Notes: a model not told the origin generated them from the letters alone. Shown: positions 28,137 to 38,710, counted from the first letter of the stretch. The stretch: 64,000 nt of DNA from a virus (IMGVR_UViG_3300049919_000418:22928-86927); one strand, 5' to 3'. Made by a program: numbers and translations.

Positions 28137-29647
28137 AACGGGTCTTCAATTACCAACGGTTTTTTTCTATCTTTCCAAGGCTTCCCCTCGTTATCTCCGC
28201 CGCTATCGGGTCCACTTTCCGTAATATCAATTTGTTCCTGTCCTTTCGCAACAACGTCCGCATATGTTCCACACTCAGTAATATTGAAATTTTTAACTTT
28301 TAAATTCAATTTATTAATCGTGTAGGTAATTCCGGCTTTGCCGTTTTCCTTCACATACATTTCATCGTCCCAATCCTCGCCTTGGTTTCTCAGCACACAA
28401 GGGTAAAGAACGTGAGTTCCAAACTCCTCGCCATCGCGGGCCAATTCTTCTGGAGATTTCTTTTGGAAAAACAGAATGTTGGAAGCGAACCACTTGATTC
28501 GTTGGGAAGATGCTACATCATGAGCGGCGTTTGTTTGAACTGCCGCCAATCCAGATGCTTGAACGCCCTTTTCAGACATTAGATGCTTGAGCGTGTCGCA
28601 TTTTTGACCTAACACCTGCCACTCTTGATTGAATCCAGTGATATTTTCTCCCGTGATTTTCATGTAGTCATAAATCACAAGACGAAGATCGTCCGGTTCC
28701 GTTTCAGTCGCTGCCCAACGACGAACAATTTTACAAACCTTTTCAATCGGCGTGTTAGCAACATAAACGTGCTTGATATTGCCGGAACGCTTTTTCATAA
28801 CAGGGAACTTTTGAGTTACCTTGTCCACCATATCGGAATCGTTCTGCCACTTTCCGTTTTTGATGAAAATTTCGTTAACGTCCGTTAGCGCTGCAATCTT
28901 CCGAGTCTTGACGCGTTCTGTTTCAAGCTCAGTATCAAGAATGAGAACTTTGATGGTTTTGCCTTGATTGTATCGACAAAACGGAACGTCTGCTAGATAA
29001 TTCAATATCGTGGACTTACCTGTTTTTGGTGGAGAAGCAATAATGTTGAAGTCTCCGGGAGTTAACGGACCCCACCAACGATTCCAAGTTTTAAAAGGGG
29101 TCATGATTCCGTCTGCACCTTGTTTTTGGCCAAGGTTTTCCGCGAACTCGTCAAGGTTTTCGTAAAGGTCGATTAACTCATATCCATCTTCAACTGAAGT
29201 TGTCATGGCTGTTGCTAGACCCTTTTCCGTTGCAGTTATAATATCCCCTACATCACCATTGATTGCCTTGTTGATCGAGGCGATTGTATTCTGGCAAGCT
29301 TGGATAGAGCTACGTGCGATTTTATATTTATAGCATTCTTTAAAATACGTTTCGGCCATTTCCTTCGTGACAGCACTTCTGGCGGAAATCGTTCTAATAT
29401 AATCGGGAAGGTCAACGCCATCCTGCTCTTTCAGGCCAATATTAGAAATGTGGTCAGAAAGAATAATTACGTCAACGGTTTTCTTGCTTTTGAACTGGAA
29501 TCTAATCGCACCACAAATTACCCTATGAACGTCGGAATAAAAAAGATCATCCGAAAGATGATCGATATAATCTGAAATTATTTCAGGGTTCTTAATTAAT
29601 GTTGCGAGGAATGTTCTTTCTTTGTCTAGCGAATGCGGTAATTTCAA
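28133..29647 (-). CDS. dnaB: Replicative DNA helicase
   Basis: ERTFLATLI N-domain, ASPPKTGKS, LDTEL, IYDYMK, AAVQTN. Confidence 0.9.
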   Translation of the reverse strand: MKLPHSLDKERTFLATLIKNPEIISDYIDHLSDDLFYSDVHRVICGAIRFQFKSKKTVDVIILSDHISNIGLKEQDGVDLPDYIRTISARSAVTKEMAETYFKECYKYKIARSSIQACQNTIASINKAINGDVGDIITATEKGLATAMTTSVEDGYELIDLYENLDEFAENLGQKQGADGIMTPFKTWNRWWGPLTPGDFNIIASPPKTGKSTILNYLADVPFCRYNQGKTIKVLILDTELETERVKTRKIAALTDVNEIFIKNGKWQNDSDMVDKVTQKFPVMKKRSGNIKHVYVANTPIEKVCKIVRRWAATETEPDDLRLVIYDYMKITGENITGFNQEWQVLGQKCDTLKHLMSEKGVQASGLAAVQTNAAHDVASSQRIKWFASNILFFQKKSPEELARDGEEFGTHVLYPCVLRNQGEDWDDEMYVKENGKAGITYTINKLNLKVKNFNITECGTYADVVAKGQEQIDITESGPDSGGDNEGKPWKDRKKPLVIEDPL

Positions 29648-29964
29648 GGTAATTTCAGTCTGTCTTTTAATGGAATGGAACTCAAACTCTGTTCGGTTGT
29701 TCGAACATATTTGATATCGTTTTTTATCTCAACTTTTTCAGGTTTCTGGAGCTGGAGAAATATTTTTTTTGTTTTTGCAATCTCTTGTTTCCCGTCCTTG
29801 GAATTGAACCAAGCAAGGGATGCTAGGTTGAAACCTAACACTAGAAATTTCCAAAACTCAAGAGGCTCTTGCTTTAGAAGCGATTTAATCAACTTCATTT
29901 CGCGGGGCCAATTAATTGATTCTTTTTTGCAAAACTTCTCAATAAGAAGCTGCATTTCCCTCAT
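29644..29964 (-). CDS. Hypothetical protein
   Basis: Likely start MREMQ at 29964, just after the stop of the upstream gene. Confidence 0.55.
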   Translation of the reverse strand: MREMQLLIEKFCKKESINWPREMKLIKSLLKQEPLEFWKFLVLGFNLASLAWFNSKDGKQEIAKTKKIFLQLQKPEKVEIKNDIKYVRTTEQSLSSIPLKDRLKLP

Positions 29965-29974
29965 TGGCGAAAGG

Positions 29975-30304
29975 TCAGGATTCTTCGAACTCTTCTTCTC
30001 CATCGTCGTCTTCATCGTCATCGTCTTCGATATCACTAAGGTCAAAATCTCCGAAATCGGAGGGAGTTGATAACGATCTAACTGCCAATGCGTTATCAAT
30101 AGTATTTAAAGCTAAAAGAATACTAAGAGCTTTTTTTGCAAGCGCCAGATAGTGAATCTCTGAATCGAAGCATAAATCCTCAATAACGTTACCATTCGGT
30201 CCAATTCTAAATAATATAAATCCTCCCGCCGAATGCTCTTCTAACTGAGCTTTTACGTTTGGGGGGAGTTCTCCTGTGTATTCTTGCGGATCTTGTTGCG
30301 GCAT
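29975..30304 (-). CDS. Hypothetical protein with acidic tail
   Basis: 109 aa, in operon. Confidence 0.6.
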   Translation of the reverse strand: MPQQDPQEYTGELPPNVKAQLEEHSAGGFILFRIGPNGNVIEDLCFDSEIHYLALAKKALSILLALNTIDNALAVRSLSTPSDFGDFDLSDIEDDDDEDDDGEEEFEES

Positions 30305-30712
30305 TTAAATTAGGTCGTGTTTTTCTAAGAATTCTTTCGTTAATGGTAGATCAGAAGGGTAGATTTCGACTAGTCTCAATCCATTCAATTCGCACCACCT
30401 CCTTTTTTCAACATCCCTCTGCAATTGAGCGTAATAATTGCCCTTATTCCCATTGTGAAAAAATTCATTAAATTCGGAGTGCTGCGCCCCTTGAATCTCC
30501 AACGCTATCTTACGCGTTAAATTCACAATGTCAAGCGTCATTTTCGTGCCAACCACAGGAAATTCCTCATAAATAACGTGAGTGCGCCAAAAAGGTTGCA
30601 AAAAAAACTTTACGCCCTCTTGAAATTTGCTTCGGGATTTCTTTTCCCACTTCATTCGATACTTGGAAACGTCTTTATTCGCCTCGTTTCCGGTTAATTT
30701 AATAAATTTCAT
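30305..30712 (-). CDS. Vsr/DUF559-like PD-(D/E)XK endonuclease
   Basis: EEFPV...LDIV..KIALEIQGAQH...DVEKRRWCELNGLRLVEI. Confidence 0.7.
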   Translation of the reverse strand: MKFIKLTGNEANKDVSKYRMKWEKKSRSKFQEGVKFFLQPFWRTHVIYEEFPVVGTKMTLDIVNLTRKIALEIQGAQHSEFNEFFHNGNKGNYYAQLQRDVEKRRWCELNGLRLVEIYPSDLPLTKEFLEKHDLI

Positions 30713-31482
30713 TTAATCGGCGGTAAATATTTTTTAATTTCTTCGGCGGACATTAATTTAATCTTTTCAAATTCAATGTTATTTTGAAAAAAATGGGGAT
30801 TTCCGCCCCCACTATCGCCCCCCCTTGAATGTTCAAAGTGGTAAACGGTTCCATCTTCAAGCCTTCCAACCCTCAACTCAAGCTTTTCGAATCGGAAAAG
30901 CCTTTCTCGGTCTTCGGGGCCGTAAGACACAAACCCCTCGTTTTCCCCTCCGCTCTCCCGATAAACCTTTGTTGACGCGAAAAAGACATGTCCACAATAG
31001 GCATCAGATACATTTTTATGGCCACTACTTTTAATTAATTTTTCTTCAAATTCCTCGTTGAATTCAGTTCGATCAAAACTCTCCCAAATCTGAACCTGAG
31101 ACATTCCCACGGGGTAAGGATAAACTATATCCGCAAACCCAAACGCAATCATTTTCGAACATAGCCCGTAAGAATCAACAGGCAAAATAACGTCGATGTC
31201 ATAATTGGAAACGATTGGTGTTGAGACTTTTGACAGAAGCGTGTTTAAAAATTTTGTTCTGTGGAAATACTTCGATTCCGAATCTTTAATTATGCTTACG
31301 TTCAAGTTTTTTAAATCCCCCAAAAAGTCAAGCTTGGTTTCTCCATCGCACATTTCGTAAATAAATACATTTGTTTTGAAATGTTTATTAAGATACCCAA
31401 GCACTGACTTAGCGTTTAAATATCGATCTTTGGACTCGATTTTAATGGCAGTAATAAATGTTACATTTGCTAGATCTTTCAT
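30709..31482 (-). CDS. GT-A glycosyltransferase (GT7/galactosyltransferase C-term-like)
   Basis: YDIDV (DxD), GGENEGFVSYGPED, YHFEH. Confidence 0.75.
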   Translation of the reverse strand: MKDLANVTFITAIKIESKDRYLNAKSVLGYLNKHFKTNVFIYEMCDGETKLDFLGDLKNLNVSIIKDSESKYFHRTKFLNTLLSKVSTPIVSNYDIDVILPVDSYGLCSKMIAFGFADIVYPYPVGMSQVQIWESFDRTEFNEEFEEKLIKSSGHKNVSDAYCGHVFFASTKVYRESGGENEGFVSYGPEDRERLFRFEKLELRVGRLEDGTVYHFEHSRGGDSGGGNPHFFQNNIEFEKIKLMSAEEIKKYLPPIK

Positions 31483-32303
31483 GTATTGTAAATTGCTCCA
31501 TGTTGGTAGTGAATACCGGAAACTGGCGAGACTTCACCTATTTCAAAAAATAGGTTTACCTGAAGATACCTTAAAACGTGGTCGCCCCATCTTTTTGAGA
31601 AGATTCTTCCAGTTTTATTTATGAGGGTGTAAAATGAGCGGCTTTCCTCGCTTCTCATTGAGGAAACTCGGCACATTTCAAAATTCGTGTAGTAAAGTGT
31701 TCCATTCTCAATTTCCTTAATGTTGATTTTTGTTTTTATTGACTTACGATCTATCCATTCTGAAACGGTATCGTTTAAACCCTCGCAAACAGCTTGGTTA
31801 TCAACCTGAATCGCTGGCGCAATATACGCGTAACTAAGGTTGTTAGAGTTGAACCATTCGAAAATATCGTAACCAATCGGGCTAAGGATAAAAGAGTCTG
31901 TGTCTAACCTCATGTATGATTCGTAGTCCGAAAGATATTCAAAAATTCCAGAAAAGAAAAAATTACACATATGTCTATAACCCATGGTGAACCCTTTATG
32001 CCAATAAGCTATTGGGCCATTTTGATGAGTAGGGTGCGGATAAAATTCTGGAATTTCATCCAATATATCTTGCTGGTATGGAGGAAGAACAAATGATACT
32101 TTTTTGTAAATTATTCTTTCGCGCTTAAGTATTTTATCTTTGAACGGCTCCAAGTCCTCCTCATGAAAAAGGAGGATATCAAATTCCGAGCAAAAAGGCG
32201 AGACATTTTTTTCCAAAAGATCAAGCGATTTATTTAGGCTTTCTACATCCTCCTGAGTCGCCCTTACCAAATAAGCTACACAGCTTTTATTTATAACACC
32301 CAT
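31479..32303 (-). CDS. GT15 (Kre2/Mnt1-like) alpha-1,2-mannosyltransferase homologue
   Basis: GYRHMCNFF, YMRLDTDS, YYTNFE, RWGD are the KRE2-family signatures. Confidence 0.8.
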   Translation of the reverse strand: MGVINKSCVAYLVRATQEDVESLNKSLDLLEKNVSPFCSEFDILLFHEEDLEPFKDKILKRERIIYKKVSFVLPPYQQDILDEIPEFYPHPTHQNGPIAYWHKGFTMGYRHMCNFFFSGIFEYLSDYESYMRLDTDSFILSPIGYDIFEWFNSNNLSYAYIAPAIQVDNQAVCEGLNDTVSEWIDRKSIKTKINIKEIENGTLYYTNFEMCRVSSMRSEESRSFYTLINKTGRIFSKRWGDHVLRYLQVNLFFEIGEVSPVSGIHYQHGAIYNT

Positions 32304-32956
32304 CCTATTTGATAATCTTCGAATATTTTTTTTGCACTCATTTTTTCGATAGCTTCCCTTACAAGATTTCCCTTTCCTATTGGAGGATCTGTAAAAAACG
32401 CATTGTGGTCGTCAACAACAATGATAGATCCCTTTCCAAGAAAGGGTCGCGCTGCATTAAATTCTTTTAAATGGTGCTCTTGGGACGGACCCGGATTTTC
32501 TTTTGTAATATCAAACGAATCCAAATATAACAAATCAATTATTACCCCTCTTGATTCATCGTTTTGACCATACCTATAATAATCCGTTTTAATAAATTCA
32601 ACAGAATCGGAACAAAAAGCTTTCGCCGAGCCTCCCTTAGTAAAAAAGCTATTGGCGTAATCAACATTTTTCTGATTAATATCAACAGATATTAGTTGCC
32701 CATTATTATATTTTAAAAACTCATTAAACAGAAACGAGCTACACCCATCGTCTCCGAAACACATGCTTCCGTGGTCTTGCCTCATACACCCAGTCTCCAG
32801 AATACAATAATGAGCCTCTTCTTTCTCTTCAAGAAGTTGAAATACTTTGAGAAAGCTGTCCGCCCTGTTTCTAATTGGATTGGCCGGGTGGCCGGGACGC
32901 AACATTAAATCATAATAATCTCTTTTAAATATTTCTGAGAATTTCATTTTATCCAC
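32291..32956 (-). CDS. Class I SAM-dependent methyltransferase
   Basis: ILETGCMR, ISVDIN, IDLLYLDSFD, IVVDD. Confidence 0.75.
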   Translation of the reverse strand: MDKMKFSEIFKRDYYDLMLRPGHPANPIRNRADSFLKVFQLLEEKEEAHYCILETGCMRQDHGSMCFGDDGCSSFLFNEFLKYNNGQLISVDINQKNVDYANSFFTKGGSAKAFCSDSVEFIKTDYYRYGQNDESRGVIIDLLYLDSFDITKENPGPSQEHHLKEFNAARPFLGKGSIIVVDDHNAFFTDPPIGKGNLVREAIEKMSAKKIFEDYQIGWVL

Positions 32957-33528
32957 ACTCCATAACTACAATTAGCGCCGTGAAAATTTTTCTTAACTGT
33001 TCCCCCTACATATCTCTTCACGCAACCCTCCCCGAATTGGGATTCAAGATAATCAAAGGTGATGCAATGGGGGTGCGCTGCGTCCTTGCCCCCGTGTCCA
33101 TCGGGCTCAAAAAATCTAATTATCTTACAGTTCTTTTTACATAGATTTATAATTTCAGTAGGATCGATAACATGTTCCAACACGTTAAATAACCAAGCTT
33201 CGTCCACAGAGGGGAAATTACACGTTTCGGCGGGTTCGTGGATGAATGTTATTTTTTTGTTATAAAGTGGCAAAGCGTCCTCATAGATAGTCGGTTCTAT
33301 AATATATGACTCACCATAATTCTCACAGAAATAAAGTCCTGCTACCTTTGCAGGACCAATCTCCACAACAGATGAACCTTTTAAGTCTCTGTTTACTCCG
33401 GTGTATCGAAAGTAATTTTCATAAGCCTTTTCGTAGTGCTTCGCTGATTCTTCAAATTTTTGCTGATGGAATGTTCTTTCGCTAATTTGCGCTTCCGCCC
33501 ATCTATCTTGAGATATTCTATTTATCAT
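32944..33528 (-). CDS. Putative SAM-dependent methyltransferase
   Basis: VVEIGP, FNVLEHVIDP. Confidence 0.6.
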   Translation of the reverse strand: MINRISQDRWAEAQISERTFHQQKFEESAKHYEKAYENYFRYTGVNRDLKGSSVVEIGPAKVAGLYFCENYGESYIIEPTIYEDALPLYNKKITFIHEPAETCNFPSVDEAWLFNVLEHVIDPTEIINLCKKNCKIIRFFEPDGHGGKDAAHPHCITFDYLESQFGEGCVKRYVGGTVKKNFHGANCSYGVWIK

Positions 33529-34339
33529 CGATTAGTATTCTATTTTCGTTTTTTGGCGATTGCGAGATCATATCTCTGTGTCTATTGTAAAGTGTTCTGG
33601 TATTTTTTTGATTGGCTTGTAGCATCCAAGGCTTAGTTTGTCCGCCCTCTCTTGTTCCGCCCCAAGAATCATCACAAATAAATTCGATAGGGTAACAACC
33701 ACATCTAAAACCCGTGGAAGCGCGAACCCTATAACATAAATCGTGATCGTCGCTGTCTTGCGGGCAGAAAGCTTCGTCAAATCCCCCTGCCTGCTCAAAC
33801 ACATCGCGCCTTATAGCCAACGGCCCACGGTTAACACAATCCCTTACTCCGAAGATATCCCTACTCAAGTTGGCGCTGTTTGCGTGATCCGTATGAAATA
33901 AAATGTCACTCCAACAATCGCTTCTTCCGTTAGGTTCAAATAAGTGGCTTGAGTTGGGATTTGCAATCCAATTATGCGCTGTTCTCGCAGTTACAGCGAA
34001 TATATCATCAAAAGCTTGAAACGGCTTAAGAAGTCTTTTGTCCCACCCTAATTCGTTTACAATCATATCATCTTGAACAATAACTATATATTCGCCCGTG
34101 CTTTCCGAAGCGGCAAGATTATTCGACTTTGTTTCAAACACGTTTGGCGCGGAAAGTTTCTTGATTTTGATGTCTTTGTTTTGACTTATAAACGTGTCAA
34201 GAATTATTTCGGAATTATCGTTACACCCATCCAAAACGCAAATTAATTCATAGTCTTGAACGGTTAGGCGTTTAATGGCGTCAAGCACCCTTTCCAAAAG
34301 GAAACCTTTGTTGTGGATTGTAAGATTAATACTAATCAT
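33518..34339 (-). CDS. GT2 family glycosyltransferase
   Basis: LTIHNK, VLDGCND, IVQDD, GGFDEAF...DDHDLC. Confidence 0.85.
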   Translation of the reverse strand: MISINLTIHNKGFLLERVLDAIKRLTVQDYELICVLDGCNDNSEIILDTFISQNKDIKIKKLSAPNVFETKSNNLAASESTGEYIVIVQDDMIVNELGWDKRLLKPFQAFDDIFAVTARTAHNWIANPNSSHLFEPNGRSDCWSDILFHTDHANSANLSRDIFGVRDCVNRGPLAIRRDVFEQAGGFDEAFCPQDSDDHDLCYRVRASTGFRCGCYPIEFICDDSWGGTREGGQTKPWMLQANQKNTRTLYNRHRDMISQSPKNENRILIDDK

Positions 34340-34994
34340 TTACGTTGCAAACTACGGATTTTCTTATTTCTTGGGATATTTTTAGATTTAAACTTATAGC
34401 AAGATTGCTTAATATACTTTGATCGTGACGGTGATCAATAAAATCTGGAAAGTTCGGCTTCCCACAAATATTTGGAATGTCGGTTAAGATATTTTCATCG
34501 CAGCAATACGAAAGCCACTCTTTAAATATTCTCTTTGAGTTTTGGTTCGCCCTAAATGCGATTACCCCCGCTTCAATCTGTATTGAATCCCAATACTTTC
34601 TTTCATCACACTCCATCATTTCGAAACAGTCTCTTTTCGTATATTTAGAGGATTTGAATGACCCGGCAGTTAAACATATATCACTATCTCTAAGGCACTG
34701 GCTCAAAGTTTTTTTGATATCAAAGTTAAAGTCGTCGCCGCAATCCAAATATAGAATTTCATCCCCATCGGTTGATCTTGTAATTGAGTCAAGAAGAATA
34801 TAGGGCTTCCAAATCCAATAGCCCGCGCCCCTTTCTTCCTGTGCAATATAAGAATACCTATTATAAAACGAAGTTTGCTTAAAATACTCCTCTTTATATT
34901 CTATTACCTCGCCAAAATACAATCGACCTTTGCTTGCCAACCTCTTCGCTTTTTCTTCAAACTTTTCGTTATAGTATAAAACTAACTTATGCAT
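34332..34994 (-). CDS. Putative glycosyltransferase-like protein
   Basis: GAGYWIWKP, LYLDCG, HRHDQSILS motifs; located in the GT cluster. Confidence 0.5.
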   Translation of the reverse strand: MHKLVLYYNEKFEEKAKRLASKGRLYFGEVIEYKEEYFKQTSFYNRYSYIAQEERGAGYWIWKPYILLDSITRSTDGDEILYLDCGDDFNFDIKKTLSQCLRDSDICLTAGSFKSSKYTKRDCFEMMECDERKYWDSIQIEAGVIAFRANQNSKRIFKEWLSYCCDENILTDIPNICGKPNFPDFIDHRHDQSILSNLAISLNLKISQEIRKSVVCNVND

Positions 34995-35803
34995 CAGATT
35001 AACTTTGTTGCGATTGACAAAACCTCCCTAGGGTTATTTTGTGAATAATCATCCCCGAACCAACGGCGCGGCGCAATAATTTCCTTTCTTTTATTTTTAT
35101 TTAAATAAGCGCCCCACCAACTGAAGGTGCTGTTGGCGATGATATTGTGATCGCAAAGTCTCATGCGCTGCAAATCTTCGGATTCGCTGAAACCCTCAGA
35201 AAATAAAAACTGCGGTCCAACAAAATTTTCCTTACACCATCCGATATCGTCCGAGAAAAACATAAAGTTGCATCCGTCGAAATAATTAATCGCGGTATCG
35301 TAATATTCGTGAGAGCAAACAGGGTGATTGTTCTGAAGGGCTAGATAGTCGCCACGTCTAACATGAATAGAAACTAGCGGTTTGCCCCTCTTGAAGTTTA
35401 TAAGTTCATGATTGAACTCCAAAATGTCTAACAAATCTTCCCGATATGCATCAAAATACATTGGACTTTGAAAGTAGCCGTGAAGATTGATATTTCCATG
35501 CGCCACGCACTCCGTCATTAGATACGAATCATAAGTAAACGATTGTTCTGATAGTGTTCGAAAATGGCCGCGAATAATATTGAGATCAACAAATTCGCCA
35601 ACCCCTTCGAATATGTCGGGCAGGTTGAACTTGACGGGCCTTTCCAGCCCGTCAGCGCCCGTTTCAAGCCTCTCAAGCATGTTAGAGAAGGGCAGTGCCA
35701 CTTCAAGCCCGCAACGCCGTGCAATGCCATACAGGGAGGCAAATTGGAAAAGCTGATTTCCCAATCGTCCGTTATATCCGATGCCTGCGTTTGTAATTAT
35801 CAT
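34994..35803 (-). CDS. GT11 alpha-1,2-fucosyltransferase
   Basis: GRLGNQLFQ, HVRRGDY, FFSDD, NSTFSWWGAYL. Confidence 0.9.
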   Translation of the reverse strand: MIITNAGIGYNGRLGNQLFQFASLYGIARRCGLEVALPFSNMLERLETGADGLERPVKFNLPDIFEGVGEFVDLNIIRGHFRTLSEQSFTYDSYLMTECVAHGNINLHGYFQSPMYFDAYREDLLDILEFNHELINFKRGKPLVSIHVRRGDYLALQNNHPVCSHEYYDTAINYFDGCNFMFFSDDIGWCKENFVGPQFLFSEGFSESEDLQRMRLCDHNIIANSTFSWWGAYLNKNKRKEIIAPRRWFGDDYSQNNPREVLSIATKLI

Positions 35804-36942
35804 ACAAGATCTTTTGCGGAAATATAATTACTGAGGGTCGATTTCCAGAAATTCAAAATTTCTGGTTGAGATATATATTTGTCAAATTTTGCCGCACCAT
35901 TAACCTTGTCCCGAACATCCTCTATTTTGGCCTCCCGCATTTTTGCAAGTGCATTTTCGGAAAAATAAATCCACGCGCCACCCGTTGTTATAAAGCCAAG
36001 CATCAACAGCATTTTTTTAATTTCAAGCTCTGTCGCAATGCGTCCATCTTCTCCGTCCGCAGAGTAAAGGACTGGATACTTTACCAGTAATCTGCTTTTT
36101 TCGTTTTCCGTCTTTTCCAATAAAACTCCTACCCAATGCCCGATGACATTTGTTTCGCTAAAATCTAAAATGGCTTTATCTCCGCTTTTAAGAATAAGTC
36201 CCTCTTTATATCTTGGTTTGAATGTCAGAATATAATTGGCGAAATGAATTGCCGCATTTCCGCCGCCGCCGCTAATTGCCATCTGCTCCTTAATCGCGTA
36301 TTTGTCTTCGATTTTTGCAATAACCTGAACAATGACAATCATCATATGTCCAAGCTCAGACATAGGAAGGGAAACCTTTTTAAATAATAATTTTGTTAAA
36401 ACGTTAGGTCCGCAAACTTGAACGGCGTCCGTAAAATCCTTGTTTAAATCGGATCTCTTCATCATTCCATCGAGACTATCGATAATAAACGCATACCGAT
36501 AATTATCTGGATTAATTTTAATTAAATCGTAAATAAATTGAGCGACAGGTTCGTAAACATTGCATTTTAAAATAAAGCATGTCCCCGGAACCCACTCTTT
36601 CGGTTCGGTTACGAATTTAATGCCACTCCTTTTTTGCATCTTTTTCGACATTCTACCCTCGGCCTTAACGTAAAGGGCTTTTGAATTCGGAACTGATTGA
36701 AGAAAGTTTTTTACGACTTCAAGGCTTTGGCTCGTTTTTCCAGATTCACTCGCTCCACCGAATCGATGGATTCCCGGCGTGAAACCTCCGTCCATGGCGA
36801 GGTCAAGTTCTATGCTACCGCTAGATACCTTAAACGATACTTCTGGGCAAAAATTATAATGATCGTCCTTGTATTCGCTAAGGAATAACTCTAGCGGATT
36901 TTTTTTCTCTTTGGGGAACTCTTCTGTTTTTTCTTTTGCCAT
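35800..36942 (-). CDS. recA: RecA/UvsX-like recombinase
   Basis: GSIELDLAMDGG, GASESGKTS, IIDSL, GGNAAIHFA. Confidence 0.85.
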   Translation of the reverse strand: MAKEKTEEFPKEKKNPLELFLSEYKDDHYNFCPEVSFKVSSGSIELDLAMDGGFTPGIHRFGGASESGKTSQSLEVVKNFLQSVPNSKALYVKAEGRMSKKMQKRSGIKFVTEPKEWVPGTCFILKCNVYEPVAQFIYDLIKINPDNYRYAFIIDSLDGMMKRSDLNKDFTDAVQVCGPNVLTKLLFKKVSLPMSELGHMMIVIVQVIAKIEDKYAIKEQMAISGGGGNAAIHFANYILTFKPRYKEGLILKSGDKAILDFSETNVIGHWVGVLLEKTENEKSRLLVKYPVLYSADGEDGRIATELEIKKMLLMLGFITTGGAWIYFSENALAKMREAKIEDVRDKVNGAAKFDKYISQPEILNFWKSTLSNYISAKDLV

Positions 36943-36946
36943 AATT

Positions 36947-37153
36947 TTAAATATTTCTTTTTTGTTTGTATAAGTTGCATTCCAAACAGTGTAGCGGTTG
37001 AAGGTCTTCTATGTTTCGTCGGAAACAAATGTATCCAAGGTGAAGGGTATTATTTCCGCAGCATCCGAAATCCCCGATTTCCTCCTGATTCGTGCTTCTA
37101 AATTTGCAGGCATCGAACTTTTCTTGCCCGGGAATTAACTCTTCGTCTGGCAT
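36947..37153 (-). CDS. Small Cys-rich hypothetical protein
   Basis: 68 aa filling the gap between gmd and recA. Confidence 0.4.
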   Translation of the reverse strand: MPDEELIPGQEKFDACKFRSTNQEEIGDFGCCGNNTLHLGYICFRRNIEDLQPLHCLECNLYKQKRNI

Positions 37154-38178
37154 ATCGCGTGGTCAATCAATTCTTCAATAATCAAATCAAAATTATACTT
37201 TGGATTCCAACCTAACTCAGTGCGAGCCAAGGAACTATTGCCGCAAAGGCTAAACTCTTCTCTCCCTCTAAAAAATAGAGGATCGATTGTAACCAATGTT
37301 CCGTATAAACTTTCTAACGTTTCGCTGCCCTCTCCGAACCATCTTTGCCAAGCGCAATCAATTCCAGCGGTCCTAAAAGATTTTTCAATGAACTCTCTAA
37401 CGGAATGGGTTTTGCCAGAGCTGAGAATATAGGATTTTGGTTCTGGCGCGTTGAGGATTTTCCAAATTCCGTCGGCGAAATCAGATGCGTGACTCCAATC
37501 CCTCACACTTTCCAGATTACCAACAGCAATCGGGCGGAATTTCTTTTTTAAATCAATTGCATTTTTAATTTCTGCAACTCCTGATGCGATTTTTCCGCTC
37601 AAAAAAGCGGTTGATCTTCGCGGGCTTTCAGCATTATAAAGGATGGCTTCGGATGCGAACAACTCGTATTTTTCCCGATAACATCTAATTAATGTTTGCG
37701 CCGCGCCCTTTGCAACTCCGTAAGGGTTTCTTGGGTTTGCTGGCGTTGATTCATCTTGAAGATCGCAATGAACTTTTCCAAAAATCTCAGAGCTTCCCAT
37801 TGAAATATAACGACAATAAGGGTGGAGTTGCAAACTTTCTAACTGATGTAAAACCCCATTGAGATTCGCGTCGATACTGGAATATGGGGAAACCCAACTA
37901 TCCTCAACGGAGCCATTTCCGGCAAAATTAATAAAATAATTCGGACTTTCGTTATTGATTAACGAATTCACCGCTGACTTATCGGTGATATCAAGGCCAA
38001 CAACCTTAATTCTATCGCCATAATTAGTAATACATTGTTTTAAATTTTTATTGTAATTGGCAAGCCCCGCTCTTCTAACAGCGGCGACAACTTGAAAATC
38101 AGTGTTTTCAAGGATGAATTCGGCCATGTAGCTGCCTAGCTGTCCGCTAGCTCCGGTGATAATTACGTTTTTTGGCAT
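37135..38178 (-). CDS. gmd: GDP-mannose 4,6-dehydratase
   Basis: ITGASGQLG, SSEIFG, PRNPYGVAK, AESPRR, RDWSHASD. Confidence 0.85.
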   Translation of the reverse strand: MPKNVIITGASGQLGSYMAEFILENTDFQVVAAVRRAGLANYNKNLKQCITNYGDRIKVVGLDITDKSAVNSLINNESPNYFINFAGNGSVEDSWVSPYSSIDANLNGVLHQLESLQLHPYCRYISMGSSEIFGKVHCDLQDESTPANPRNPYGVAKGAAQTLIRCYREKYELFASEAILYNAESPRRSTAFLSGKIASGVAEIKNAIDLKKKFRPIAVGNLESVRDWSHASDFADGIWKILNAPEPKSYILSSGKTHSVREFIEKSFRTAGIDCAWQRWFGEGSETLESLYGTLVTIDPLFFRGREEFSLCGNSSLARTELGWNPKYNFDLIIEELIDHAICQTKS

Positions 38179-38369
38179 TAGATTCCGCTGAAAGTCAGAA
38201 TGATTTTGGCATTATCCAATATCTCATCTTCGAGCTTTTCATTTAATCTTAATGTGATTGCGGCCTTTAATTCATCGCATTCTTCCGGCGAAATGAATCG
38301 ATTCCGAGTGTAATCCAAAATTGCTTCATCAAAAACTTCCGAAAAGAAGTCCCTCGTTATAGTCCTCAT
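38178..38369 (-). CDS. Small hypothetical protein
   Basis: 63 aa, coupled on both sides. Confidence 0.5.
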   Translation of the reverse strand: MRTITRDFFSEVFDEAILDYTRNRFISPEECDELKAAITLRLNEKLEDEILDNAKIILTFSGI

Positions 38370-38710
38370 TGTTGTTTTTTTGGTTTGTAAAAATTCTCTT
38401 TTGCTTTCTCTGTCTGCGGATCTGGCGCTCCAAGCTTGCTTTCCCTTTGTTGGCTCATTTCTTTGCTAAGGTCGAAAAGCTCTCCATAGGTTTTGGCATT
38501 TTGAGTTTTTCTAACAAAATCCTTTCCTGAGAAAGGGTTTACCTTCACATCGATTGCCATTTGTGGCGCTGAGTAAACGCGCTTCCACTCGGATTTTCCA
38601 AGCTCCGCAATCTCTTCCTCGGAACCAAAATACTCCTTAAGGTCATTCATTTGGAAAAACACATCACGATATTCCTGAGTTTCGTGGTTTACAAAAACGT
38701 AGTACGGCAT
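38366..38710 (-). CDS. FmdB-like small protein lacking Zn-ligand Cys
   Basis: MPYYVF...RVYSAP layout. Confidence 0.4.
   Translation of the reverse strand: MPYYVFVNHETQEYRDVFFQMNDLKEYFGSEEEIAELGKSEWKRVYSAPQMAIDVKVNPFSGKDFVRKTQNAKTYGELFDLSKEMSQQRESKLGAPDPQTEKAKENFYKPKKQQ

Noticed and set aside
29975-30040. Low-complexity TCATCG/TCTTC repeat
   Set aside because: It simply encodes the Asp/Glu-rich tail of a small protein.
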